Assembly: GCF_000143415.4 (NCBI RefSeq) | Contig: NW_003314445.1 | Span: 28,866 to 87,259, forward strand | Length of the DNA stretch: 58,394 nucleotides | Direction: 5' to 3' | DNA from: Selaginella moellendorffii | Taxonomy: Eukaryota; Plantae; Lycopodiophyta | Shown: in pieces, positions 23,293 through 35,139 of the stretch | How positions within the stretch are numbered: position 1 is the stretch's first letter | Layout: each line of letters opens with the position of its first letter | The notes under the pieces: model-generated | The model's database searches: none | Told to the model about the DNA's origin: nothing | The model's input: only the letters and a program-made list of their open reading frames with translations | Position numbers and translations under genes: made by a program

Positions 23293-24597
23293 TGTAAGCT
23301 CCTGAATTTGGACTTCCCGGGAGGTCACCCAGCCCAGTACTATTCAAACCCAAGGACGCTTAACCCCAAGTATCCCAAGACCCTTAACCGATTGGAAAAG
23401 GGGGTGCACTCTTATTCATGGGCCCTTTCCCTCTATATTTGAACCCCATGGATCGTTTATCAAGTTGTTCTCTTTGGTTGCTTACAATCCACCACGCTTC
23501 CCTGCAAGTTCACGCCCTCGTGAACGAAAGCTGAGAGCCGCAGCTCTCCCGAGAGCCCCGCTCTCTTGACACCCTACCCCTCGAGTCGAGCCCAGCAGGA
23601 GCAAATTGGACCAGCCAGATGTCAATCAACATGTGGTGCGATTCCTTTATCCAACCAACAAAGTCGGACCCAAGACCCACTCCGATACCAAATGTAAACC
23701 TCATAAGTTTGGACTTTATCATCCGACGACCCGTGAGGTCCTACCTTTGAGGTGCTAGCTCACTAGAATACAACTTCTTGTATTCAAGTCCTACTCACAT
23801 GGACCATCTTTGCAAGTGTTACTCCGACACTTGATTTGTTCTCTTGGGGCACCCTTTTGCCCCTTAGGACCACTTGTCCATGTGATGAGAATACCAACTC
23901 ATCCTTTAAGTACACCCCCAACTCCTTGGGTTGTTCCAGCATTTATTAGAGGTAGCCCTGGCTACCATTTCGAGGACTTGTGACTCCTTTATTGTTTTGG
24001 AGTCTGCATCTTTCCTATAATCCCAACTATAGTTGTTTACCACAACTATGTTAGCCCGTTTGCTGCATCAAATGCTCATCTGGATCACATCCTCACTCAA
24101 TGAGGAAAGCCTTACACTATTCCCAAGATCCCAAAGTCGTTCCATTATTGGCCCTTTTCTATCCACCACCTTGCCTACGAGTTCACACGTGAACTGTAGT
24201 GGAGAGCCATGTCTTCCCAACTTGTTACTCCTTGAGGATAGGTCTATATCTAAGTCATGTCTTCCCGACTTACTACTCCTTGAGGATAGGTCCATATCTA
24301 AGACCATATTCCCAAGGTACCACCAATATATCAGCCCGTTACGCTAAGGCCATGCCCCTTTACCTTGGTCACACCGATGGTTTAACACCACCTGCATCAC
24401 AGTCCCATCTCTCAAGGTTTGGACTTCCCGGGAGGTCACCCAACCCAGTATTATTCAAACCCAAGGACACTTAACCCCAAGTATCCCAAGACCCTTAACC
24501 GATTGGAAAAGGAGGTGCACTTTTATTCATAGACCCTTTCCCTCTATATTTGAACCCCATGGATCGTCTATCAAGTCGTTCTCTTTGGTTGCTTACA
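23293..24597 (-). mobile_element. Cassandra-type TRIM with 5S rRNA-derived LTR core
   Basis: LTRs TGTAA..TTACA at 23293-23486 and 23693-24597 (the latter interrupted); PBS TGGTATCGGAG (tRNA-iMet, minus strand 23680-23690); PPT-like GGGAAGCGTGGTGGAT; 5-bp TSD CTGGT/CTAGT; LTR minus strand reads GTTAAGCGTCCTTGG...AGTACTGGGCTGGGTGACCTCCCGGGAAGTCC = 5S A-box/IE/C-box region. Confidence 0.9.
23717..24416. mobile_element. 700-bp insertion inside the Cassandra 5' LTR
   Basis: Flanked by 10-bp direct repeat GTTTGGACTT (23707-23716, 24417-24426); contains a 48-bp tandem duplication (~24208-24303). Confidence 0.6.
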
Positions 24598-24909
24598 CTA
24601 GTACATTGGCGAACTGGCACCTGCGTGAAGTCCACGCGCCAAGTGCTTGGGCTGGGCACTCCGCACGGGCTGGCCATGGTGCTTGGGGGCCGGCGAACCG
24701 GTGCCCATGCCAAGTGCTCCGCGCTTCTTATGTATTTTTACTTCTTATGCATTTTTATTTTATAATGAGTTTTTTTTTTTCAGAAATAGAAACAACTATA
24801 AAAGGAGAAGGATGTTGGATCAAAGAGAAGACATGAGGAAGATGAGATCCAGATGGACAATCAAGTTGACCTTTAGATAGGGATTTCCATAGCAACAACT
24901 TTACTGTCT

Positions 24910-27900
24910 TTGCAGCTAGATAACTCCAGTCCACATACACCCCCATTTTTGCCACCACCGCCATCAATACCACTACCACCATTACCACTGCCACCACCTT
25001 CACCTCTACCTTCATCACCACCATTACCACCACCGTCATCACCACCATTACCACCACCGCTATCATCACCATTACCACCACCACTGCCACCATCATCACC
25101 ACCAACAGCGTCATTGCAACCATTGTCATCACTACCATTGCTGCCACAACCACAAATGCCACTACTCTTAACATATTCACAAAATATGGCAGAAACTAGC
25201 TACATTATGGAGCAGTGCCCAAGTGCGCTTGACGGGGGTGTTGGGCCCGAGCTGGGTGCTAGATATGATAATGGTGCTACTAGAGGTGTAGCTGAAGCTG
25301 AAAGAGAAGTGGAGCTACCTGAATACATTATAGACAAGCGCTTCCAAGAGACAGTTTTAAGAACCAAAGAGAAAGCCATTCACATGACTCTAGAGTCTCT
25401 CAAGTGGGAAGGCCCGGGAGACATAATCCAAGAAATCCCACTATGTTGATTCACTCAGACAAGCATTATTCGGTCTGTTTCACCTCACTTCGTCAACATG
25501 GACATCTATAGTTTGTACAAATAGAATGGCCTTGGGACAAACATAGGTATGTTCCTTGTTTCAGTTTTCAAGCTAGGAATGATAAATACCCTCTCGGTGT
25601 CATCGGAAATCGAGAGGGTTTGGGATGACATTTGGAAAATGAAGTCCTGCAAATTTGACAACATGCTTATGAGCCATCCTGAGACTCAATAATTTGTGGG
25701 GAAAATGTTCTACATTATTGACGGGAATCATCGCTGGTGTGCATGGATGAAGTGCATCAATGAATGCTTTCGAGATGATCCTGTCAATCACATCAATGTT
25801 CTGGTTGGACATGTACATGCGAGAGGATCTCTAGATGTGGCAAGGCTTGTGATAGCTTGCCACAAAATTAATACGTAAGTACCTCCCCCTCTTCAATCAC
25901 TTTTAACAATTTATATTTTGCAAGCTGGGACACTTTGCAATGTAGAAACAAAGCCTAGTACATGATATCGAGTAGATCCTGTTTCTTGCCAATCTCAACA
26001 AGGATGCAGTCCGCAGCCATTATGGTGATGATTTAGCATCACTTATTTGGCATCAACGAGGTCGTCAAAATGCCAATAGATGGTACAAGAATCCAATGGC
26101 TTTTATGATAGTCGTGTGGAGTAAGGTATGTTCTTCCAAGTATACTTCTTATCATAGAATGTTTGTGTTGTCTTCAGCCATTGGTGAAGGTTAGGCAAGA
26201 TGTATATGCACAGTCGCATCAAGCTAAAAATAATCAAGAACTCTCAAAGTATTTAGCTACAATTGACAAGAAAATTAACATCACAAAGAAGACAAAGGTA
26301 AAGAAATTACTTAGTGTGGCTAACCCTCAACGCTCAAAGCAGTGGTTTAATATCATAACAGAGATTTCTTGTCATGAAAGTACGTATTATTTGCGTTTAC
26401 ATGAAGGTTACTCACAAAAGTTATTTCTTAGTGGGAAAGACTCCAAATGAGATTATTTACAATATCTCAAAGTCAAAGCTTATATATGAGGAATAAATAC
26501 ACATTTTGAACGACCTCAATAGCAGACTCAGAGAAGGAGAAAAAAGGTTTGGACAATATGATGGAGATTGTGATGAGGAGGATCATCTACATTCCACAAA
26601 CTGTATATGAAGGGGAGATGTTTCTAGCGCCTTTCATAGGGGATGATCCTGAGAAACTTCCATTCAAGGATTTCGTCACCACTAAGCTTACAAAACTCGA
26701 AGAGGACTGGCTGCCAAAGAAGGCCACAAGCACGACTCCATTTAATAAACAACTTGGCCAACCTTACTTCATGCGGTGAGTGGCTTTCAGGTAATATATA
26801 ATTTCTCAACTATACTCAATTTGTTTATATTCTATTATAGGTATCTCTAATATAGAGGCATTCCTCTTGAAACACTAGTATGCAAATGACTCCTAAGGCA
26901 TAGTGTGAGAGATGGAGGCATGTACCCGACAACAATGAAGTTTCCAGCAGCAATAAAGCGAACTTGTCCTTAAGAATTGGAGATGTCAGATTATGCACCA
27001 ACCCACCGAGCAGCTGCAAGAGGCAACAATGAAGACATGCCAGATGATGAAAATAATAGCCATGAGAATGTCGACACTGTTGGTGCCAATGGCGAGGAGA
27101 GTGAAGATGGCGGTGAGAACAACTTGCAAGAAATTCCTCGAGACGAAGTCGAGTAAGAGAACCAGAATGTCCAAGAAGTTCTACCTCGACGAAAGCGTGC
27201 AAATTCACATTTGGAGGAATTAGTCAATAGTGATGATAATCATCGAAGACGTCCCCATAACAAAGGAACTTCTTGAGGTATATTTCTTTTAATTCTCTCC
27301 TTTTCTTAGTTCCTCAAAATGGTTGTAGCAAAAATTGTCGGGAGTAACTTCATTCTAGCTCGTCTTGATGCTTGAGAAGAGGACCTAGAGGAACTTACAT
27401 CTACCACACGCCATATGATGGTATGTAAATTTTTCTTAGGTTCACATCTTATCTTTGTCTTCTCCCCTTAGATTTGCCATGTTTCTCCAGTGGCATTCTA
27501 TGGTGAAGTTGGGATCTTTATTGGCTCCTACAATTCATTGATGGCATCTTTTGAGGAGGATGCTAAGAATATGGCTATCCGGCAAAAATGGGAACACTTT
27601 TGTCAGAAGATCCATAAGTGACCGCTCAAGAGCACAAACTTTATGCTCTTTGATATGCCAGCTGGTCTTCTAAATGTTAATAGTGATGTCCCAAGCTGGA
27701 ACAACCTGACTAAAGACCACTTGAAAGATGCATTCCTTTTGGCAGCAATTCTCCTTCACACAACTAATTAAGTTGCCTTCATTCTCCCAAATGACCCCCA
27801 TTGGATGTTTTACCTTATGAGGTATGCAACTCAAGTCAACTTCAAGAGGTTCTCTTCCAGGTGCATCATGGATAGTGTTGGGGTCGAGACCAAAGGCATT

Positions 27901-28400
27901 CTAGGTATGCCAGAAAAGGTAAAAAATCATTTTCTGTTTTGGTTATCTCTAAAGTTTTATTATTCAGGTTATGATGTGGACCTACCATGTGTTCTGCAGA
28001 AGAGAAAATGACGGTTTTCGTGATAGCAAGCGTGCTGCAAGGGTTTTGCCAAAGTATGATAGCTTTACTGACATCATACCAAATCTCATAGATGATGACA
28101 TCCACAACATATTGTCTAGGTATCAATTCCAATCTCCATCAGCGATGCATGTCTTACTTGAGCTTTATTGCCCAACTAAGGGTGTCGTCATCAATTGCAT
28201 AGCAAGTAGTGGTTCGATGGTCGAAGCAGCATGTGACTTTGGTAGATTGGTGTTTGCAATTGAAGAATATGAGTTCTTCAAATGCCATCTTAGAGGTTTT
28301 CATCCTTCTCTATCAGTTGCTTCTAGGAGGTAATTTATGATGTTTTAAAAACTTATATATAATATATATTTAGTTTTCTAGAAGTCTTCCTAGGTATTCA
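24910..28400 (+). pseudogene. Multi-exon ParB-like/N6-adenine-N4-cytosine DNA methyltransferase-like fusion gene (copy 2)
   Basis: Poly-Pro N-terminus; FYIIDGNHRWCAW (~25708-25746); TNFMLFDMPAG (~27634-27666); LLELYCPTKGVVINCIASSGSMVEAACDFGRLVFAIE (~28154-28264); colinear with copy 1 including intron positions; several in-frame stops. Ends approximate. Confidence 0.7.
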
Positions 28401-28752
28401 TGGCACATCATATGCAATGTGTAAATTGAGGAGTGGTATGAAAAATCTATTTATTAATGATACATTAAAAGACAATTGAATGCATCCACTTGCAATGAGA
28501 AAAATGTGTCATATGTCAATGTGATAATGATTGTGATAGTGACAATGTCAGTGCAGCAGATAGTGATAGTGATAGTGTTAGTAACAGAGAAAGTGTCAAT
28601 GTCAGAGATGACAGAGTTATAGTGTCAGTCTATCAAATTCATAATTACTAGTATTATGAGTTTATTATCTATAGGTAATACAATTTTGTTAATAAAGAAA
28701 AGGCGAGGGATGGATAATATCATAGTGTAAGAATTATTAGTAGCTAGAATTT

Positions 28753-29276
28753 TCAGTAAGATGGCTTCAAAATACCATATTCAGCACTTATAGATGTAGT
28801 ATTTACTAATGGAATATTGTTCCTCACCATGAAATGATAATGGTTGTGTGTTTTTAACTCTTTTTTAATTTTCTTATACATCCATTTATGCACACCTTCC
28901 ACACCAATTCTTGGGCAGTTGTGATAGTGTTCTAGAAAAGTTTCTAAACCCATACAACCTTTTGTTTTATCTAAATAAAAGTAGCAGATGGGACACTGGA
29001 GAAAATATGTGTTCATTCTTTCAAAAGTTTCAGCCATATCTGGCATCGCTCTTGAAGCATATGAGGCAATCCATCTTTAGTAGTAACATCTAGAACATTA
29101 TCTGGAAAAGGGATCTCTTGTTCAATCACACTTGGGGCTACAAAAGGAAAAGCCTCACAATAATAATTGTGTGGAGGGAAGGGTGGAATGTTGGTAGAAG
29201 TTGGAGACGGAGGTGGAGACTTATATGAAATGTATGGGGGCCAAATGCGAGTAACAATAACATTTTCCCTAGCCAT
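28753..29276 (-). pseudogene. Element-encoded Zn-finger gene, paralog 2 (frameshifted)
   Basis: ORFs 29013-29276 and 28753-29046 together align to 3695-4276 (CPICYFYLDKTKGCMGLETFLEHYHNCP...VH). Confidence 0.6.
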
Positions 29277-29536
29277 TCCTACACTCTAAACAAACTAAAA
29301 TTTCAATGTTGAGAAAACATCCTTTGTCGATATTTATACTAAGAAAAGATCTAGAGGTTCTTAAAAGTTTAGATTGTCAGTCTCAAAAATGGGACTTCAA
29401 AATTATAACAGTGTCAGAACCACTTGTATATATAATAATATCTTTATACATGCTAGAATACTATCATTCTCAAAAATATAAGATTCTCCACTTTACTCAT
29501 AAAGAATTAAAATTTTGAAAAAACTATGTATGACTT

Positions 29537-30104
29537 TCATATTACATTAAAAGGTGGCCCAAATATCCCATATTCAGCATTTATTGATGTAGTGTTTACT
29601 AATGGAATATTGTTCTCCACCATGAAATTATAATAGTTGTATGTTTTTAATTCTTTCTTGATTTTTTTATATATCCACGCATGCACACCTTCCAAGCCCG
29701 CTCTTGGGCATTTGCAACAATGCTTAATAAAATTTACTAAACCCATGCAACCATCTGTCTTGTTTAAATAAAAGTTGCATATAGAACACTGAAAATAATA
29801 TGTATTTACATTAAGCTCTCTTGCCATATCTGGAGCAAGATCTTGAAGAAACTATTGACGTCACTCTTGGAGCATTAGAGGCAATCCAACTCTTTTAACA
29901 ATATCATAAAGAAGGAATTTTTGTTAAGTTGCACTCAAGATCGCAAATGGAAAAAACCTCATAATAACCCTCAAAATGAAAAGGAGGATTGTTGCGTAGA
30001 GGTGAAGATGGATTATTGGTTGAGAGTGGAGATGGAGGTAGAGACTCATATAAAAAGCCTTCGGGACCAAAAGTAAACTTTTTCCTAACCATTGCAACAC
30101 ACAA
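29537..30104 (-). pseudogene. Element-encoded Zn-finger gene, paralog 3 (disrupted)
   Basis: CSICNFYLNKTDGCMGLVNFIKHCCKCP...VH; tandem duplicate of 28753-29276. Confidence 0.6.
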
Positions 30105-30543
30105 GAAAAATTAAACTTCCCAACAATAAGAATTCTCTAATTAATATATTATATTTCAATCTCAAGAATGATGTTTTATTATGACATGACAATATATTGA
30201 ATCATAATTGTCAATCTCAGTAATTACAACCTACTATGAGAGACAAGTGGTTATAGGGTTTTATAAGCTAAAAACTAGCACATAATTAATATGTAACCTT
30301 ATTTTATATAGCTGGCTTGCCATATATAATAATGGCGAATGCACACAGGCACGTGAGTATACCTTTTTGCAAGATTACCTTTCAATCCCAAAATCATATA
30401 TAGATTTACCTCTTTGATTTGTCCACATCATATATACTTATACTCTTTGCAAAGACAAAACATATCAAAAAGAATAAGATATATAAAAAAAACTTACCTT
30501 TTTTTAATAATATTTTAGTGGATTACAAAAGTCATTGAAAGGT

Positions 30544-30789
30544 TTATAGAGTGGATTTATTAGTGTTTTTTGTTGTGCTGTCCATTTCTTCTTTTCTCTT
30601 GTTCTGGATTGTTGTTTCGGAAGTAACAAGAGCATTTTTATTAATAGTGACAGTGGTCTCTACATTCCTAGATGAGTAAAAAGGACCAAGCATGTAATAT
30701 GGAAATTGTGGTAGTGAAACAAAATTAACATTCTTACATTTCTGTATGCTAGAACTACTTACAAGTTTTTTGTCTTCCTTGCTTCCCAT
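30544..30789 (-). CDS. Probable first exon of a small element-encoded gene (MGSKE...), unknown function
   Basis: Conserved in copy 1 (MGSKENTRSMSKSCSAKECKNVNLF, from ~5369, continuing into 5025-4880 once the inversion is undone). Confidence 0.35.
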   Translation of the reverse strand: MGSKEDKKLVSSSSIQKCKNVNFVSLPQFPYYMLGPFYSSRNVETTVTINKNALVTSETTIQNKRKEEMDSTTKNTNKSTL

Positions 30790-31199
30790 CTCTGTAAACC
30801 CTAAAGAATGAACGAGTGAATCAGTGTTTTGAATTATTTATATATTTCTGGTCAATTGTTGAAATGTTGAAATGTACAATAGAAATTTTAGGTTCATTCG
30901 AACTTCAATATTCCCATTTTATTTGGGACCAATAAAGCCTAAAAATTTCAATGGGTTCAGAAAAACTTTTAATTCTAGAAACAATATTTTATTGTGTAAA
31001 TTGCATTAGAAAGATTCAAAAAATAGAAATTTCTCTGAACCATTGATACTTAAATTCATAAATTTCAAGTTCACCTAAAAATAACATTTTTCTGACTTAA
31101 TATTTCCTTATAAGACTTATGGTTGACAATGTTAACTAGCATTGACTTGAGCTGAATTGAGCTCAACTCAACTTTGGACCATCCCCTAGATAACTTATT

Positions 31200-31465
31200 C
31201 ATCTTTAGCTAGTAGCTCATCTAAGCTCGAAGAATCTGAACAGCGAAGCTTATGGGATTGACACTAGATGCTTGGCTTCCAAGCTAGATCAACGTCACAG
31301 CCTTGCAATTTGCCAAGACTGCCCAGATGTTCTTCTGGCAGCTCACAGCGCAGAAGAAAAACTTGTGATCGGTGGAAGAAGCAATCATCAGTTGCAGCTC
31401 CTCCCATAAGTTCTTGCCTCCAACACAATGATCCGGCCATGTCATTTCATAGGTGCACAAAGTAG
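31200..31465 (-). pseudogene. Kelch gene 3' fragment (paralog of 5940-6265)
   Basis: WEELQLMIASSTDHKFFFCAVSCQKNIWAV matches WEALQLTNTSSSNSKFGFCGVSCQKNIWAV. Confidence 0.7.
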
Positions 31466-31479
31466 TGGTGCTGCGGCAA

Positions 31480-32190
31480 TCTAGTCGCCACTTCCTAGGA
31501 AAGATCTTCAGCTGCGAAAACAAGCATCTGTCCAGAACCACCGAGTGAGCTCAAAATCACTTGGTTGTGAAAAGATTTCGTTTCCTGCGGTGGAGAATGC
31601 AGCATTGGTGCTGTGAAGCTCCATCAATTCTTGAGTGCATCGAAGACGCTCACTGATTTGCAAGGAGATAGAGCTTGGGACCCAGAGCCCTGCACTTGAA
31701 TCCTCCTGTGTTGGGCTCATCCTGGCGAGCAAGTCACATTCTGCTATCACATATGCCCACTTTGGGCATCATGACGAGGCAAAGGTAGTGACCTGGATGA
31801 CAATAGTGAGCACATATGCCCCGATTGATGAGGCGAAGACTTTCTCATGCTGCAACGAGCTCTTCGGGCTTGGCTCGGGCCAAGACATGCATCATGCCAG
31901 CCAAATCTTCTTTGGGATGCCCCAATGCAATGATAGTTTAGTCTCTACATGTTCTACCAATGGCCTCCATGCCCACAATGGGGATATGGAGCAAGCAATT
32001 GCATTGTTCGATAGGATACTCATCAAGGATGATAGAGTCGTGGGGGATGTTCTTTAAGGTGCATGGAATCCCTCGTGATTCATCTCTTTGGAACTTGCAT
32101 TTCCTGATCCTCCGTCGAGAGGATCTTTAAGATGACAATGGAGGCCAAGTGCTGATTCTATCACCTCGCGGTCCCAATTGACACTTGAGA
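31480..32190 (+). pseudogene. Pentatricopeptide repeat (PPR) gene fragment
   Basis: ITYAHFGHHDEAK, VVTWMTIVSTYA, HAHNGDMEQAIALFDRI; inverted copy at ~40670-41470. Confidence 0.65.
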
Positions 32191-32219
32191 TAGTGACATT
32201 GAGAACTTAGCACTAATAT

Positions 32220-34170
32220 GGGATGGCAAATGAATGGAATATAGATCTTGATTAGGAGTATGGCATTAATGATGACAATCATGACGATGAGGAAAAAACT
32301 CTTGATGGTGTTGTAGTGCAATATAAAAAGTTAAGGATTCCATCAATCTCATTAAAGATTTTTTATTTTATATGGACTTTCAAGGGTTGAATTAGTCTCA
32401 TATCCGTAATTACCATTGGTACATCAAATATGTCAAGGATTATAGTATTGTGAAATGGAAATCATCACTAGATATTTGTGATAGTTAAGAAATTGGTTCT
32501 TAGTTAAAATTGTGGGAAAGTTATTGGTTTTACAATCCTTGTGAGGATAAGGTGAAGATTTTTTTTTTTAGACAAAGCTGATGGGCCATGCTTCTTTGTT
32601 GTGGAAGAACTACATCAAAGCTAATTCTAAGTGAAATTCTTAAAGTGATTTGAAAAATATTTTCTACACTTCATTTATCAAGAAGTTTAAAGAGGTTAAT
32701 CTTATAAACCAGCTACTAGAGGTCAAGCAAAGGACTTTATCTTTGAATGTATATGCCCATCAATTCCATAATCTTTGCCTTAGTTTCATAGATACCTCTA
32801 ATAAGTTTTTAAAGGTGCAATGTTTTATTAAAGGTTTGAGCTCAATAAATGTGCACCAAAAGGTCAAGAAGGATTTTCTAAAAACATTGGCTGATGCTAT
32901 TGTTAAGGCTCAAATCTTTTTGCCAAAACCGTTAGTCAACTCAGTCAACTTTGGTCAACAGGATGGTCTATGGGGTAGTCAACATGATGACCAGCATGCC
33001 AATGTTTCCTATTCAAGGAAGAAATAACCATTGTTATATCATAGCTCAAAGTATAGAAATGGCAATGAGGCTAAGAAATTTCATTTGGACTAGGGAGAAA
33101 CAAACAAGGTAAAGGGCAATTGTTTTCATTTCAAGACAAAGATTATTCTGAAAGGGTTAACAAATGCTAAAGTGACTATGGTGGAATCTATAAATAATGA
33201 TAAGTAATATTGTTATTAGGGTTGTATTGCTTCAAGTTAGGCATTCTTTCACAGTCATGAGCCACAAGTTTGATATCATATAATGGAATTGGCTTATTCA
33301 AGATAAGGAGTTGTATATTGTGATTGTTGTTGTGAAGGAATGTGGATTAGACTTCCACTAAAATAGTGAAAAGGTTTAAAAACTACTAAATATTCAACAT
33401 AGTTTTTTATTTATATTAATTCTACATTTATCAGTATAACAATTATTATGGATTCAAACCATCAATCTCTCCAGTATTTCAATCATTAAAAGAACCTTCA
33501 AGGTTATCTTACTCATTGGCAAGAGTTCTTGTAGGAAATGTCTATTAAAATCCAATACAAGTATAGACACAATAATAAAGTTGTAATACATGTGGTTTTC
33601 ACCTTTTATTTTATGGTGATTACCACAAAGCAGAACCTAAACCCTTTATATGCCATATGTCATATATCACATATTCAAGGATAGTGGAGCGGAACCCAAG
33701 TTTCAGGGCCTTGCACAATTAAACAAAGGAACGGAGCCAAACTCCTAAATATGGAGCTAAAGAGTGAAGGGACTAGAGTATGGAGTGACTTTTGAGCATA
33801 CAGCCCAAAAAGTAAAAGGACAAAAACATGGAATGATTTAGAATAGTCTTAGAGCATTTAACATCCCAAACTAGCACATAAAACAAAGTCAAATAAAGTC
33901 TAATGCTATTTCAATATACCGGTGATTTACGCAAGGATATAAGTACTTCATAATATAGAACTTAGGCTTAGACTAAGCTAGATTCAACATACCAGCATAA
34001 GGCAAGGATATGAGTACTTCACCAACTAGCATGGTATAGAACTTAAGCTTAAATCTAAGCCAAACACAAAACAAAAACATGCATGGAGCTAGACTATATA
34101 TCAAGTTGGTTGGCCATACCTGACCTACCCACTATCTCTACTATACATTTAGAACCTAAAATTTATATAC
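32220..34170. mobile_element. Degenerate retroelement remnant (gag on + strand, LTR-like segment)
   Basis: Retrotransposon gag-like LLEVKQRTLSLNVYAHQF...FIKGL (32650-33027); 33590-34170 homologous (inverted) to the solo LTR at 22566-23100; duplicated at 42621-44610. Confidence 0.65.
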
Positions 34171-34175
34171 CTATA

Positions 34176-34892
34176 ATGCGTGAGAGATGGGCTCTCACAT
34201 ATGGAACAACCTCAACTGTTACATTCTCAAGGCTTCTATGCTCCAACAACTAGGAATTGAGAAGGTTGTTAGTACTTATGACAACCACATAAAGAGCAGT
34301 CTTTAGATGATGATAATAAGGAACTAGCTTTTGCATCCCTACAGAGGAGTCCATGAATAACACTACCTTTGCAAAGTCTGAGAAGAACCATAACCTTTAC
34401 CATGTCTGCTGTCGTAAGCATCCTGCTTGAACCTCAGAAACTGGTCAATCTGAACCGGAAGGTACAGTGGGACTTCGAGGCTGGTGTTTAAAGCAGTCGC
34501 TCCAGAGACCACAAAATTCACCCCGCTGGCATAATTCAAGTTAATACTTTGCAAAATGGGACCCAGGAATCTCTCATACTCAAAAGCCTCCGCTGCAAAA
34601 ACATTCACGAATAACATCAAACACTGTTTAATCAACACACACAATTACCAAAAAAGTCGACAACCACGCAACCATCCAAGTATCTCTTCGATGGCTTACT
34701 GAAGAAAGTCATGCCATAAGGCTTATACTCTGCAGCACTAATAAACGGAGCTGCTGCCTGAACATTCTCTGTATCGACAGTAGAATCCCAGAACCAGAAC
34801 ATGGCTTTTGGACACTGGAAACCCAAGCCTGGAGCAAATAACTCAGCAATCACTAGAACTGCCGCAATTGACAAGAACTCCATGATAATCAA
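34176..34892 (-). pseudogene. GDSL esterase/lipase, 3'-truncated
   Basis: KAMFWFWDSTVDT (block I GDS altered), PYGMTFFSKPSKRY.DG..VVDF, GVNFVVSGAT; interrupted by LTR sequence at ~34170. Confidence 0.85.
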
Positions 34893-35139
34893 CTGTTGAG
34901 CGAGCAGAATGTCGACTTGATGTCGCTGATCGTTTCTAGAGCTGCAGAAACGATGTGATCGGTGTCTTAAAATGCGAAGATGATCTCCAAATAAGTCTCT
35001 TTATTGCCACACCTTGGTATACATGCTCTATCCCCCTCTCTCGCTAAGTCTTCTTGTCCTTCATGTTCTAGAAGGGAAACTTGACCAAGGAACAGCTTTA
35101 GGGAGGTTGAACTAATTAGTTGATTAATAATTACTTTTA

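Larger units (their letters stand above)
21560..24720. repeat. GC-rich degenerate tandem array containing CCAAGTGC-N9-GCACTTGG palindromes, split by two nested retroelements
   Basis: Palindromes at ~21701, 21795, 23161, 23257 and 24639 with a constant 9-bp spacer; many extra GCACTTG/CAAGTGC half-sites; array segments 21560-21956, 23125-23292 and 24598-24720. Confidence 0.75.
16709..31186. mobile_element. Complete 14.5-kb Mutator-like (MULE) transposon with ParB-MTase and Zn-finger cargo
   Basis: Left end GAGTTTGGACCATATTTGAG vs reverse complement of right end GGGGATGGTCCAAAGTTGAG (14/20 identical), both followed inward by GAGTTGAGCTCA repeats. Flanks TAAATAAT (16701-16708) and TAGATAAC (31187-31194) form a degenerate 8-bp TSD. 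Joined flanks match the uninterrupted paralog at 6251-6298. Encodes a MULE transposase. Confidence 0.85.

Noticed and set aside
23310-23364. Genuine 5S rRNA gene (also 24421-24475)
   Set aside because: Only ~55 nt of the internal promoter region, embedded in LTRs with PBS, PPT and TSD: Cassandra-type, not rDNA.
21560-24720. CRISPR-like array of palindromic repeats
   Set aside because: Eukaryotic context, no cas genes, degenerate repeats, and the intervening sequences are related to each other rather than unique spacers.
24755-25180. Extensin-like gene, or Val/Met-rich membrane protein on the minus strand
   Set aside because: Low-complexity (CCA)n tract forming the Pro-rich N-terminus of the ParB-MTase gene; the antisense ORF is a by-product.
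24910-28400. Bacterial or phage contamination explaining the ParB-MTase gene
   Set aside because: Conserved GT-AG introns in two copies, and it is embedded in a TSD-flanked plant transposon.
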